Source of the DNA: an uncultured Rikenellaceae bacterium | Lineage (GTDB): Bacteria; Bacteroidota; Bacteroidia; Bacteroidales; VadinHA17 | NCBI GenBank assembly: GCA_964429295.1 | Contig: CAYSBL010000012.1 | Coordinates: 1,646 to 65,645 of the forward strand | Length of the DNA stretch: 64,000 bases | Direction: 5' to 3' | Part shown: positions 8,365 through 16,877 of the stretch, piece after piece | Position numbering within the stretch: position 1 is the first letter of the stretch | Layout of the letters: each line of letters starts with the position of its first letter | Notes under the pieces: model-generated | What the model saw: only the letters and a program-made list of their open reading frames with translations | What the model was told of the DNA's origin: nothing | Databases searched by the model: none | Made by a program: the position numbers and the translations under genes

Positions 8365-9600
8365 CTATTTCTCTTCCCTGGATGCTTCCTCAGCTACCTT
8401 GCGGGCGAATTTCTTACCGAATTCAATCAGGTCTTCCTTTTTGTCTTTTCCGGGAGCAAATTTGAATCCGGCTGTTTCGTCGAAAGTTTTCAGCTTCAGG
8501 TTTCTGAAATTGTCGAGTATTATCTTCGGTGCTTCACCGCTCCATCCGTACGATCCGAATGCTCCTGCAACCTTGCCTCTGTCGCGAAGCGGATTGATAA
8601 GAGCCATAAGGGTATAGACAGGCAGAAGTGTATTCTGGTTAATAGTGGGAGATCCTGCAAGGATGGCATCGGCCGATGAGATTTTCAGATCGAGATCGGC
8701 GGCAGGTATATGTTCAATATCAGTAACATCGGTAACATAACCACTTTCAGATCGTATCCCCTCTGCAATATACTCTGCTGCTTTTCCGGTGAATCCGTAC
8801 GCCGACACAAAAGCGATCAGGACCCTTTTTACATCTCCCGCGGCTGTAAGCTTCAGATATTCATCTGAAAGGTTAAGTGTGAGGGTTATGATTTCGTTAA
8901 TATTATCGCGGTGCACCGGACCGTGACCGGGGCAGATAAAAACTGGTTCAAGCGGTTTGATTTTTTCTATTGCCCTGACCATGAACCTGCTGAAGGGTTT
9001 CAGTATAACATCAAAGTAGTATTTGAAAGATCTGAGGTAATCGGGAGTCAGTTCACTGAATATATTGTCGGTACAGTAATGGGCTCCGAACGAATCGCAG
9101 GTAAAGAGGACTTTGTCCTCAACCAGCCATGTATAGATGGAATCGGGCCAGTGAAGATTTGGGGCAGAGATGAATTTCAGCGTCTTGTTTCCGAGGTCGA
9201 GGGTGTCGCCGTCCTTGACAATCAACGATCTGAAAGGCTTGTTCACGATATCGCCCAGGTATCTTATGGCGTTTCCGCTTCCGACCACCGTGGCATTGGG
9301 GGCGAGTTCGAGCAGGCGTCCAAGACTTCCTGAATGGTCGGGTTCGGTGTGGTCAAGAATGATATATTCGATTTCAGATGGATCCGTAACTTCTTTAATC
9401 TTGCCGAGATAGACATCCCAGAACTTCTCCTTGGCAACTTCAACCAGTGCTTTTTTCGATGAATTGATGAAGAAAGAATTATAGGTAGTTCCGTATTCGG
9501 TTGTCATCACGATATCAAATGTTGTGATATCATAATCAAGAATTCCAATCCATTTCACATCAGGGGTAATATCGATCACCCTATTGTCACTTCTTTCCAT
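8365..9600 (-). CDS. flavodiiron protein (FprA family; metallo-beta-lactamase-like + flavodoxin domains)
   Basis: 411 aa. Diiron ligand motif DHTEPDHSGS and a C-terminal flavodoxin-like domain (LIAFVSAYGFTGKAAEYIAEG ... GSYGWSGEA). Confidence 0.9.
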   Translation of the reverse strand: MERSDNRVIDITPDVKWIGILDYDITTFDIVMTTEYGTTYNSFFINSSKKALVEVAKEKFWDVYLGKIKEVTDPSEIEYIILDHTEPDHSGSLGRLLELAPNATVVGSGNAIRYLGDIVNKPFRSLIVKDGDTLDLGNKTLKFISAPNLHWPDSIYTWLVEDKVLFTCDSFGAHYCTDNIFSELTPDYLRSFKYYFDVILKPFSRFMVRAIEKIKPLEPVFICPGHGPVHRDNINEIITLTLNLSDEYLKLTAAGDVKRVLIAFVSAYGFTGKAAEYIAEGIRSESGYVTDVTDIEHIPAADLDLKISSADAILAGSPTINQNTLLPVYTLMALINPLRDRGKVAGAFGSYGWSGEAPKIILDNFRNLKLKTFDETAGFKFAPGKDKKEDLIEFGKKFARKVAEEASREEK

Positions 9601-9612
9601 GAATAAGTCTTT

Positions 9613-10269
9613 TCAGATTTTTGCAATAATGCTTTTATTTGCCTTAACCTGCTGCAGGATAGGTACCTCAATCTCGGTACCTACAGGAAGGAAAACATCC
9701 ACCCTTGAACCGAACTTAATAAATCCAAGTTCTGTGCCCTGGGTTACCTTCTGTCCCGGTTTGGCGTATGTCACTATTCTTCGGGCCACTGCGCCGGCAA
9801 TCTGTCTCACCAGTATCTCGGTTCCGTTTTCAGTTTCAATAACCACGCTGCTTCTTTCATTCAGTTCAGACGATTTGGGATGCCAGGCAACCATGTATTT
9901 CCCGGGATGGTAATTTACCAGCTTTACTGATCCGGACACCGGATACCTGTTGCTGTGCATGTTGAAAGGCGACATGAATATCGATATCTGGAGGCGCTGG
10001 TCTTTGAAGTATTCATTTTCCAAAGTTTCTTCGATAACTACCACCTTGCCGTCGGCCGGTGCGTAGATCAGCCCCGGATCAGGCTCCAGGTGTCTCGAAG
10101 GGAGCCTGAAGAAAAAGAGAATGAATACATAAAATGAAAGGGAAAAGAGAAGGACCATCCATTTCAGGAGATTATTGTCCGGCCAGGCAATACCAGCGAT
10201 GATATTTACAAGCAGCAGTATTATAAATCCAATAGCAAGAATTCTGTATCCTTCCCTGTGAATGGCCAT
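9613..10269 (-). CDS. psd: phosphatidylserine decarboxylase family protein
   Basis: 218 aa with N-terminal TM helices. GFIKFGSRVDVFLP contains the self-cleavage G-S site. Adjacent to cdsA. Confidence 0.88.
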   Translation of the reverse strand: MAIHREGYRILAIGFIILLLVNIIAGIAWPDNNLLKWMVLLFSLSFYVFILFFFRLPSRHLEPDPGLIYAPADGKVVVIEETLENEYFKDQRLQISIFMSPFNMHSNRYPVSGSVKLVNYHPGKYMVAWHPKSSELNERSSVVIETENGTEILVRQIAGAVARRIVTYAKPGQKVTQGTELGFIKFGSRVDVFLPVGTEIEVPILQQVKANKSIIAKI

Positions 10270-10309
10270 TCCTTATAAAATTTCCGCAAAACTAATCAAC
10301 ACTTGTCAA

Positions 10310-11152
10310 TCAACCAAAAAGAGTGATAAAAAGATAAACAAGGGGAAAAGAGAACAGGGCGCTGTCGAAGCGGTCGAGCAATCCACCGTGACCGGGCAGA
10401 AGTGATCCCGAATCCTTTACTCCGATGCTTCTCTTGAGCATCGATTCAGCAAGGTCGCCGTAAGTGCCGGCAACCGCTATTATCAGGGCAATAATTATCC
10501 AGCCTGTGGTGCTTACGAGTCCGAACCAGCCGGAGAGAAGCCATGCGACCGTAACGGTGATTATGGTACCTCCGAAGAATCCTTCCCATGATTTTTTCGG
10601 GGATATCCTTTCCATCATTCTGTGTTTGCCAAAGGCTATGCCGGTAAGATAAGCTCCCGTGTCATAAGTCCAGAGAAGAAGAAGAAATCCGATGATCAGC
10701 CCGGGTGAAAACACAATATCCGGATGGGAAAGGATAGATCTGAAACCGGTTCTTGAAAATGCCGCAAAAGGGAAAAGCGAGAAGGGGATGCCCACGTACA
10801 TGATCCCGAAGAAGGTATGAGCCAGTGAATCGAATGGTCGTTCCTGCTTCCTGTAGAGCTCGGTGACAAGTATGACAAGAGAAGGTATGACAAGCAGGAG
10901 GAACCACTCAACGCCGGCAACTCCTGCAGCTGCAAGAGTGGCAATAGAATACATAACGGTTCCGGTTATTATTCCTGCAGCAGTCTGCGGTCTGATACCG
11001 TTGCTGAGGGCCATCAGGTAGTATTCATACAAGGCACCGGCAAGTAAAAGGAGTCCGGTGATAAAAAATGAAACCGGATGAAGCCAGAAGCCTCCAAGTA
11101 TGAAAACCACAATCCATACGGCAGTCAGTGTTCTCGTGGAGAAATTTCCCAA
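10310..11152 (-). CDS. cdsA: phosphatidate cytidylyltransferase
   Basis: Has the CdsA signature SMLKRSIGVKDSGSLLPGHGGLLDRFDS. Polytopic membrane protein. The annotated start at 11152 is TTG, so the start is uncertain. Confidence 0.9.
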   Translation of the reverse strand: MGNFSTRTLTAVWIVVFILGGFWLHPVSFFITGLLLLAGALYEYYLMALSNGIRPQTAAGIITGTVMYSIATLAAAGVAGVEWFLLLVIPSLVILVTELYRKQERPFDSLAHTFFGIMYVGIPFSLFPFAAFSRTGFRSILSHPDIVFSPGLIIGFLLLLWTYDTGAYLTGIAFGKHRMMERISPKKSWEGFFGGTIITVTVAWLLSGWFGLVSTTGWIIIALIIAVAGTYGDLAESMLKRSIGVKDSGSLLPGHGGLLDRFDSALFSFPLVYLFITLFG

Positions 11153-11203
11153 TTCAGTAAGCTTTAAGCAGTTTTGTTGCTTATCCTATCCCTGACAGGC
11201 AGG

Positions 11204-13357
11204 CTATTGTGACGGTCTGTTATCATCATCCTGTCCTATGGTGTCACTTTCATCTCCGGGTTCCGGATCTGCGTCAGTGTTCGTTCCGGCGGAATTGGAA
11301 AGACCGGGAGCAGTTTCGCTTTTTTCCGGTCCAGGCAGTTCCTGCTCCTCAACCTTTTTTGCCCGTGTTGCAAATCTGTTCCCATTCTCATTTTCATTCT
11401 GTTCCCTGATAATATCCGCCTTTCTCCTTCCAAATATCCTTTCCAGGTCCTCGCTGAAAATAACCTCTTTTTCGAGAAGTAGGTCAGCAAGCTCTGTAAG
11501 TCCCTTTTTGTGGTGCTTAAGAACTTCGATAGCCCTTTCGAACGACTCTGCGATGATCTGTTTTACCTCGTGGTCGATCAGTTCGGCAGTTTTTTCGCTA
11601 TAGGGTTTTGTAAAACCGTAATCGGATTGTCCTGATGAGTCGTAAAAGCTGATATTGCCAATTTTGTCGCTCATGCCGAAAAAGGATACCATAGCGTAAG
11701 CCTGTTTTGTAACCTTTTCGAGGTCGTTAAGAGCTCCGGTCGAAATTTTTCCGAACATAAGATGTTCCGAAGCCCTGCCTCCGAGTGCATATGCCATTTC
11801 ATCGAGGAGTTGCTCGCGGGTGGTTATCTGTCTTTCCTCGGGCAGGTACCAAGCTGCTCCAAGGGCTCTCCCACGGGGTATGATCGTTACCTTGACAAGG
11901 GGACTCGCGTGTTCGAGCAGCCAGCTTACCGTGGCATGGCCTGCTTCATGATATGCGATGGTCCGTTTTTCATCCATTGAGATTATCTTGCTCTTGCGCT
12001 CAAGTCCGCCCACTATCCTGTCGATAGCATCCAGGAAATCCTGTTTCTCGACAACATTTTTATTCTTTCTGGCGGCAATAAGGGCAGCTTCGTTGCAGAC
12101 ATTTGCAATATCGGCTCCGGAGAATCCTGGTGTCTGTTTTGCAAGGAATGAAACATCAAAACCCTTTTCCAGCTTAATAGGACGAAGGTGAACCTTGAAA
12201 ATAGCTTCCCTCTCTGTAAGTTCAGGCAGTTCAACATGTATCTGCCGGTCGAATCTTCCTGCCCTGAGAAGAGCCCTGTCGAGAATATCGGCCCTGTTTG
12301 TCGCTGCGAGAATGATGACGCCTATATTTGTTCCGAAGCCATCCATCTCAGTAAGAAGCTGGTTCAGGGTATTCTCCCTTTCGTCGTTCGACCCGAAATT
12401 TACGTTCTTGCCTCTGGCGCGTCCTACTGCGTCTATCTCATCGATAAATACAATGCAGGGGGCCTTTTCCTTAGCCTGCTTGAACAGGTCCCTCACCCTG
12501 GATGCTCCCACACCAACGAACATCTCAACGAAATCTGAACCGGAGATGGAGAAAAACGGAACATTTGCTTCGCCGGCAACTGCCTTGGCCAGCAGAGTTT
12601 TTCCCGTTCCGGGAGGACCTATCAGAAGAGCTCCCTTTGGTATTTTGCCTCCAAGCGCTGTATATTTCTTAGGATTCTTGAGGAAATCGACTATTTCCAT
12701 CACTTCCGTCTTGGCTTCCTCGAGGCCGGCCACATCGCTGAAATTGATCTTGACATTTGACTCCTTGTCGAAGATCTGGGCCTTTGATTTGCCTACGCTG
12801 AAAATGCCTCCCGCGCCACCGCCGGCGCCTCCTGCCATTCTTCTCATCATGAAAAGCCAGAGGAAGATCAGCAGCACGAAGGGCAGCGTCCATCCCAGTA
12901 TCTCACCGATATAGTTGTGACGTGTTTCGGTTTCAGGATAAATAACCTCCTTATCATCGTACCCCGCATTTTTTTGTTCTGTCTGAATGAATTCCTCGAA
13001 GGTGGCAAGATCGCCTATGTTATGGGTATAATGAGGTTTGGGGACACCGAAACCCATTCTTCCGTTATTGGATTTATGGATATCGGGGTATTTCCCCGAC
13101 TCGACAACCTCTTTCTTAAGGTAGATCTCAGCATATTCCTTGTTGACCAGCACTATTCTTTCAATCTCCTTACCTGCGATCATCTCCTTAAGTTGCCTGG
13201 TCTGAATCTTTGGTGTTGCCTTACCACCGTAGAAAAGGTTAATGGCAAGGAATGAGACAATCAGTATGGCAAAAATCCAGTTCGAATTGAATTTCGGTTT
13301 CAGATTTGGTTCCGTTGGTTTAGCCGGACCTGTGTCTTTATTTTCGTTTTCGGCCAT
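11204..13357 (-). CDS. ftsH: ATP-dependent zinc metalloprotease FtsH
   Basis: Walker A GPPGTGKT, the AAA second region of homology, the zinc motif HEAGHA, and two N-terminal TM segments. Acidic low-complexity C-terminal tail. Confidence 0.97.
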   Translation of the reverse strand: MAENENKDTGPAKPTEPNLKPKFNSNWIFAILIVSFLAINLFYGGKATPKIQTRQLKEMIAGKEIERIVLVNKEYAEIYLKKEVVESGKYPDIHKSNNGRMGFGVPKPHYTHNIGDLATFEEFIQTEQKNAGYDDKEVIYPETETRHNYIGEILGWTLPFVLLIFLWLFMMRRMAGGAGGGAGGIFSVGKSKAQIFDKESNVKINFSDVAGLEEAKTEVMEIVDFLKNPKKYTALGGKIPKGALLIGPPGTGKTLLAKAVAGEANVPFFSISGSDFVEMFVGVGASRVRDLFKQAKEKAPCIVFIDEIDAVGRARGKNVNFGSNDERENTLNQLLTEMDGFGTNIGVIILAATNRADILDRALLRAGRFDRQIHVELPELTEREAIFKVHLRPIKLEKGFDVSFLAKQTPGFSGADIANVCNEAALIAARKNKNVVEKQDFLDAIDRIVGGLERKSKIISMDEKRTIAYHEAGHATVSWLLEHASPLVKVTIIPRGRALGAAWYLPEERQITTREQLLDEMAYALGGRASEHLMFGKISTGALNDLEKVTKQAYAMVSFFGMSDKIGNISFYDSSGQSDYGFTKPYSEKTAELIDHEVKQIIAESFERAIEVLKHHKKGLTELADLLLEKEVIFSEDLERIFGRRKADIIREQNENENGNRFATRAKKVEEQELPGPEKSETAPGLSNSAGTNTDADPEPGDESDTIGQDDDNRPSQ

Positions 13358-13368
13358 AAATGAAATTC

Positions 13369-13743
13369 TTAGCTTAAGTTATCCCTGACAGCTTCCATGG
13401 AAGCATCGGCCCACAATGATTCAAGGCTGTAGAAATGCCTGTACTCTTCCTGGAATATATGAACCACAACATTTCCAAAATCAAGAAGAACCCAGAAGCA
13501 ATTCTCGAGTCCCTCTACATGCATCGGTTTTTCTCCGGCATCACGGATAACGGTATCTTCAACAGAGTCGCATATTGCATCGACCTGGCTGACAGACGAA
13601 CCATGGCATATTATGAAATAATCGGTTATCCGGTTATCCAGTTTCCTCAGGTCAATTTTAAGAACATCTTTTCCCTTTTTCTCAAAAATACCTTTTAATA
13701 TCGACTCCAGGAGCAATTCCGTCCCGTCCTGTCTTTTCTTCAT
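13369..13743 (-). CDS. rsfS: ribosome silencing factor RsfS
   Basis: ORF 13369..13746 begins TTG-ATG, so ATG 13743 is taken. DYFIICHGSSVSQVDAI and VVVHIFQEEYRHFYSLESLW are typical of RsfS/iojap. Sits upstream of ftsH, as in many Bacteroidota. Confidence 0.9.
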   Translation of the reverse strand: MKKRQDGTELLLESILKGIFEKKGKDVLKIDLRKLDNRITDYFIICHGSSVSQVDAICDSVEDTVIRDAGEKPMHVEGLENCFWVLLDFGNVVVHIFQEEYRHFYSLESLWADASMEAVRDNLS

Positions 13744-13770
13744 CAAAGAGATCTGTTAAACATCAAGTTG

Positions 13771-13778
13771 CAAAAGTA
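13771..13778 (-). promoter_or_regulatory. candidate Bacteroidota -7 promoter box for rsfS-ftsH
   Basis: The reverse strand reads TACTTTTG, an exact match to the TAnnTTTG consensus, about 28 nt upstream of the rsfS ATG. Confidence 0.35.
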
Positions 13779-13896
13779 CAAACTTTTATCTTTATTTTTG
13801 TCGCTTTCATTCCATATTGTACAATAACAATGCCACCGCTGGTTATCTTGCCGCTTTCGGTAAAATTGACAGGAGGCCCGGTGAAAAGGTATCTCA

Positions 13897-14637
13897 ATGA
13901 TTATAGGATCTGAAATTGTTTTTCTGAGTTCCGCCGAATCTACAAATACCACAGCTTCGGAATTAGTAAGATCGGGCAAGGCCCGTGAGGGCATGGTAAT
14001 TAGTGCAGGCTTCCAGTCGGCAGGAAAGGGACAGCAGGGAAACCGCTGGGAGAGTGAAGACGGGAAAAACCTGTTATTCAGCATCATACTATTTCCAAAC
14101 ATGGTAGATGCGGCGGACCAGTTTATATTATCTGAATTCATATCGCTGGGTATCATCGATTATCTGCAGACTATCATCAACGGATGCAAAATAAAATGGC
14201 CCAATGATATTTATGCAGGGAATGACAAAATAGCAGGTATCCTTATAGAGAATTCGATAACGGGAAATACAATAAGCAGTACTGTGGCAGGTATAGGTCT
14301 CAATATCAACCAGGAGGTATTCCCCGGCCGGATCCCGAACCCGGTTTCGCTGAAGATGATCACAGGCATTGAATATGACACCAGGCTCTGCCTTGAAGAG
14401 TTATTGAAATGCCTTGATATGCGCTACAAGGGACTGATAACCGGTGACAGGGATCATATAAGGGATGATTATTCAGGCTCCCTTTACCGCCTTGGCGAGT
14501 GGCATGATTACAGGACGGCCGGGGGCGTCTTCAGGGGCAGGATTACGTCAGTGGGCGAACCGGGGTATCTAAGGGTCGAAAACAAAGCCGGAAAGACGGA
14601 GGAATTCACTTTCAAGGAGATTGAATTCATAATATAA
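13897..14637 (+). CDS. birA: biotin--[acetyl-CoA-carboxylase] ligase (no N-terminal HTH)
   Basis: GKGQQGNRWES (the GRGRxGRxW-type motif) and KWPNDIYAGNDKIAGILIE. The 246-aa length fits a group I BirA. Confidence 0.88.
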   Translation: MIIGSEIVFLSSAESTNTTASELVRSGKAREGMVISAGFQSAGKGQQGNRWESEDGKNLLFSIILFPNMVDAADQFILSEFISLGIIDYLQTIINGCKIKWPNDIYAGNDKIAGILIENSITGNTISSTVAGIGLNINQEVFPGRIPNPVSLKMITGIEYDTRLCLEELLKCLDMRYKGLITGDRDHIRDDYSGSLYRLGEWHDYRTAGGVFRGRITSVGEPGYLRVENKAGKTEEFTFKEIEFII

Positions 14638-14666
14638 AATTCAGACAATTGTAGGAACTGCTAAGC

Positions 14667-15095
14667 TCATGCTTTCTTATTCCAGCCGTTGAACCGTTCC
14701 ATTTCCACAATCAGCTTTTCAAGGAAGTCTGAAACGGGCCCCGAAGCCATCATCTTCAGAAAGGGGTTAAGATGTGCGGCAAGCCTCACCATTACACCGG
14801 CCTTACCCTCTCCGGTCTCCATTATGTCAAGCACCAGGGAAAAGTCGTTGGATTGCAGGGCATTACCGTTATAGACCACTTTATTCACCGGCTCCTTTTC
14901 CGAAAGTCTTATGATTACGTTTCCCATGGCCGGGACCCTGAAGCTGCAGGTATCCTCTTCAATCGCAAGATCCTCAACCACATTTTCAGGGACAAACTGT
15001 CGGAGGTTCCGGATATCGGTTACAAAATCATAAAACTCGGCAGGTGTACAGGAAAGGTTGCCTTTACGGCTTTCAAAAGTTGACGGTGATGCCAT
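14667..15095 (-). CDS. SRPBCC/START-like small protein (function unknown)
   Basis: 142-aa ORF with an ATG start and no TM segment. Size and alternating beta/helix pattern resemble SRPBCC ligand-binding proteins often found next to pyrE in Bacteroidota. Fold assignment is tentative. Confidence 0.5.
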   Translation of the reverse strand: MASPSTFESRKGNLSCTPAEFYDFVTDIRNLRQFVPENVVEDLAIEEDTCSFRVPAMGNVIIRLSEKEPVNKVVYNGNALQSNDFSLVLDIMETGEGKAGVMVRLAAHLNPFLKMMASGPVSDFLEKLIVEMERFNGWNKKA

Positions 15096-15098
15096 AAT

Positions 15099-15731
15099 TT
15101 ATCTGCCCCATCCTGCCGGATCGAGCCTCCATTTTTTAAGAGTCTCAACGTCATGATCAGTTATGCAGCCTGTATCGACGGCAGTCGAGATGAGGGTTGT
15201 ATAGTTGCTCAGTGTATGCAGTTCGCACCCGGCTTCAGTGAATCCGCTGGTTGCTCTGGAGAATTCATAGGTGAAAATGGCAGCCATTCCAAGCACCTCG
15301 CAACCGGCTTCCCTCAGGGCTTTGACGGCTCCAAGGCTGCTTCCCCCGGTGGAAATGAGGTCCTCGATGACCACAACCTTCTGTCCCTTTTCATAATACC
15401 CTTCTATCTGGTTTCCAAGTCCGTGTTCCTTTGCCTCCGACCTGACATAGATGAAGGGAAGATCCAGTTTTTCAGCGACAAGGGCCCCATGAGCTATGGC
15501 ACCGGTGGCGACACCCGCAACAAGCTCTGCATCAGGATAGTACTTATTGACAACTATTGCAAAGGAATCCCTTATAAACGATCTTACTTCAGGGAAGGAG
15601 AGGGTACGGCGGTTATCACAGTAAATTGGAGATTTCCATCCCGAAGCCCAGGTAAATGGATTTGACGGTTGCAATTTAATTGCTTTAATTTGTAACAGAT
15701 ATTCGGCGATCTTTTTAGCACTTTTATCCAT
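15099..15731 (-). CDS. pyrE: orotate phosphoribosyltransferase
   Basis: PFTWASGWKSPIYCDNR and the PRPP loop VVVIEDLISTGGSS. ORF 15099..15752 is trimmed to ATG 15731 (MDKSAKKIAEYLL), which removes the overlap with the divergent NUDIX gene. Confidence 0.92.
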   Translation of the reverse strand: MDKSAKKIAEYLLQIKAIKLQPSNPFTWASGWKSPIYCDNRRTLSFPEVRSFIRDSFAIVVNKYYPDAELVAGVATGAIAHGALVAEKLDLPFIYVRSEAKEHGLGNQIEGYYEKGQKVVVIEDLISTGGSSLGAVKALREAGCEVLGMAAIFTYEFSRATSGFTEAGCELHTLSNYTTLISTAVDTGCITDHDVETLKKWRLDPAGWGR

Positions 15732-15737
15732 TGAGTG

Positions 15738-16349
15738 ATGTATAAAGTTCATTTTGAGAACCGGTTCATAATGATCAGCCCGGAGCCTGACCGGCTACAA
15801 AAATACTCGTTATTCCATAAGTTTTACGCAACCAGGGAACTTTATAAGCTGATAGCCGAATTCCAGGCCGACACCTCCCTGAATTCAGTTAATGTATTCG
15901 GTCCGAATATAACCCACATATGGAAGATATTCAGGATCTACTTCACCGAGGTAGGAGCAGCCGGCGGTCTTGTGAGGCACACTTCAGGCAGGTATCTTTT
16001 CATTGAAAAGAAAGGGAAGCTCGATCTGCCGAAAGGTCACGTGGAACCGGACGAAGAGCCTGAAGAATGTGCTCTGAGGGAGGTTTCAGAAGAGTGCGGA
16101 ATTCATGGACACCGGATTGTGAAGCCGCTCGAGCCAAGCTACCACACCTACAGCTGGGAAGGTATTTCGTATCTGAAAAAGACAAGCTGGTTCCTTATGG
16201 ATTATGAAGGCGTAATGGTAACCGAACCGCAGATTGAGGAAGGCATAACGAGAGTGGAATGGCTGTCGGCCGAAGAACTGAGCATTATCAAATCGACTGC
16301 ATGGCTTTCGCTGATGGACCTTATCAATACATCTATTCTCAGGGGCTGA
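15738..16349 (+). CDS. NUDIX hydrolase
   Basis: Nudix box GKLDLPKGHVEPDEEPEECALREVSEECGI (GX5EX7REUXEEXGU). GTG at 15735 is followed by ATG at 15738. Confidence 0.85.
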   Translation: MYKVHFENRFIMISPEPDRLQKYSLFHKFYATRELYKLIAEFQADTSLNSVNVFGPNITHIWKIFRIYFTEVGAAGGLVRHTSGRYLFIEKKGKLDLPKGHVEPDEEPEECALREVSEECGIHGHRIVKPLEPSYHTYSWEGISYLKKTSWFLMDYEGVMVTEPQIEEGITRVEWLSAEELSIIKSTAWLSLMDLINTSILRG

Positions 16350-16351
16350 AA

Positions 16352-16387
16352 CAGCTGCCTTTTTAAGGTTCTGGTCGAGGGCAGCTG
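16352..16387. terminator. hairpin between convergent NUDIX and coaD genes (possible bidirectional terminator)
   Basis: CAGCTGCC (16352-16359) pairs perfectly with GGCAGCTG (16380-16387) across a 20-nt loop. A T-run (TTTTT) lies inside the loop rather than after the stem, so the call is weak. Confidence 0.3.
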
Positions 16388-16394
16388 CCGGAGA

Positions 16395-16877
16395 CTAAAG
16401 GTCTTCTCCCTTGTAATCGTTAATGTTGATTGCAGCCGGGACGAACAAAGATGCGTCGCCCCCGCTTCTTATGATGTCGCGGACTATTGTCGAATTCACC
16501 GATGCATGTTCAGGTACAGTAAGCAGGAATACTGTTTCGACCTCAGGCATGATTGTCCGGTTGACCTGGGCTATAGCCCTTTCGAACTCAAAGTCGGCTG
16601 CAGTCCTTAATCCTCTCAGAAGGTAATGGGCGTCTTTTATCTTGCAGTAATTGACAGTCAGGCCTTCGTAATGATCGACTGTGATCCTTGGTTCATCCCT
16701 GAAAACCCTGGAAATCATTTCCTTTCTGGTTTCAAGGGTATAGTAGCTCTTTTTGAGGGCATTGGCACCCACTGCAATAATTATCTCATCGAAGAGTACG
16801 AGAGCTCTTCTCACTATTCCCTCATGTCCGATGGTAAAAGGATCGAAGGAGCCCGGAAAAACAGCGATTCTTCTCAT
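16395..16877 (-). CDS. coaD: pantetheine-phosphate adenylyltransferase
   Basis: FPGSFDPFTIGH nucleotidyltransferase motif, 160 aa. The ATG overlaps the lon stop (ATGA). Confidence 0.95.
   Translation of the reverse strand: MRRIAVFPGSFDPFTIGHEGIVRRALVLFDEIIIAVGANALKKSYYTLETRKEMISRVFRDEPRITVDHYEGLTVNYCKIKDAHYLLRGLRTAADFEFERAIAQVNRTIMPEVETVFLLTVPEHASVNSTIVRDIIRSGGDASLFVPAAININDYKGEDL

Noticed and set aside
12195-12914. 239-aa ORF on the plus strand inside ftsH. Similar long antisense ORFs lie at 15153-15665, 17231-17770, 28474-29061, 50434-50955, 53743-54255 and 62077-62556.
   Set aside because: All lie entirely antisense to ORFs with strong family motifs. They have low-complexity, Ser/Pro/Arg-rich translations and no recognisable motifs. 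They are typical shadow ORFs of well-supported genes.
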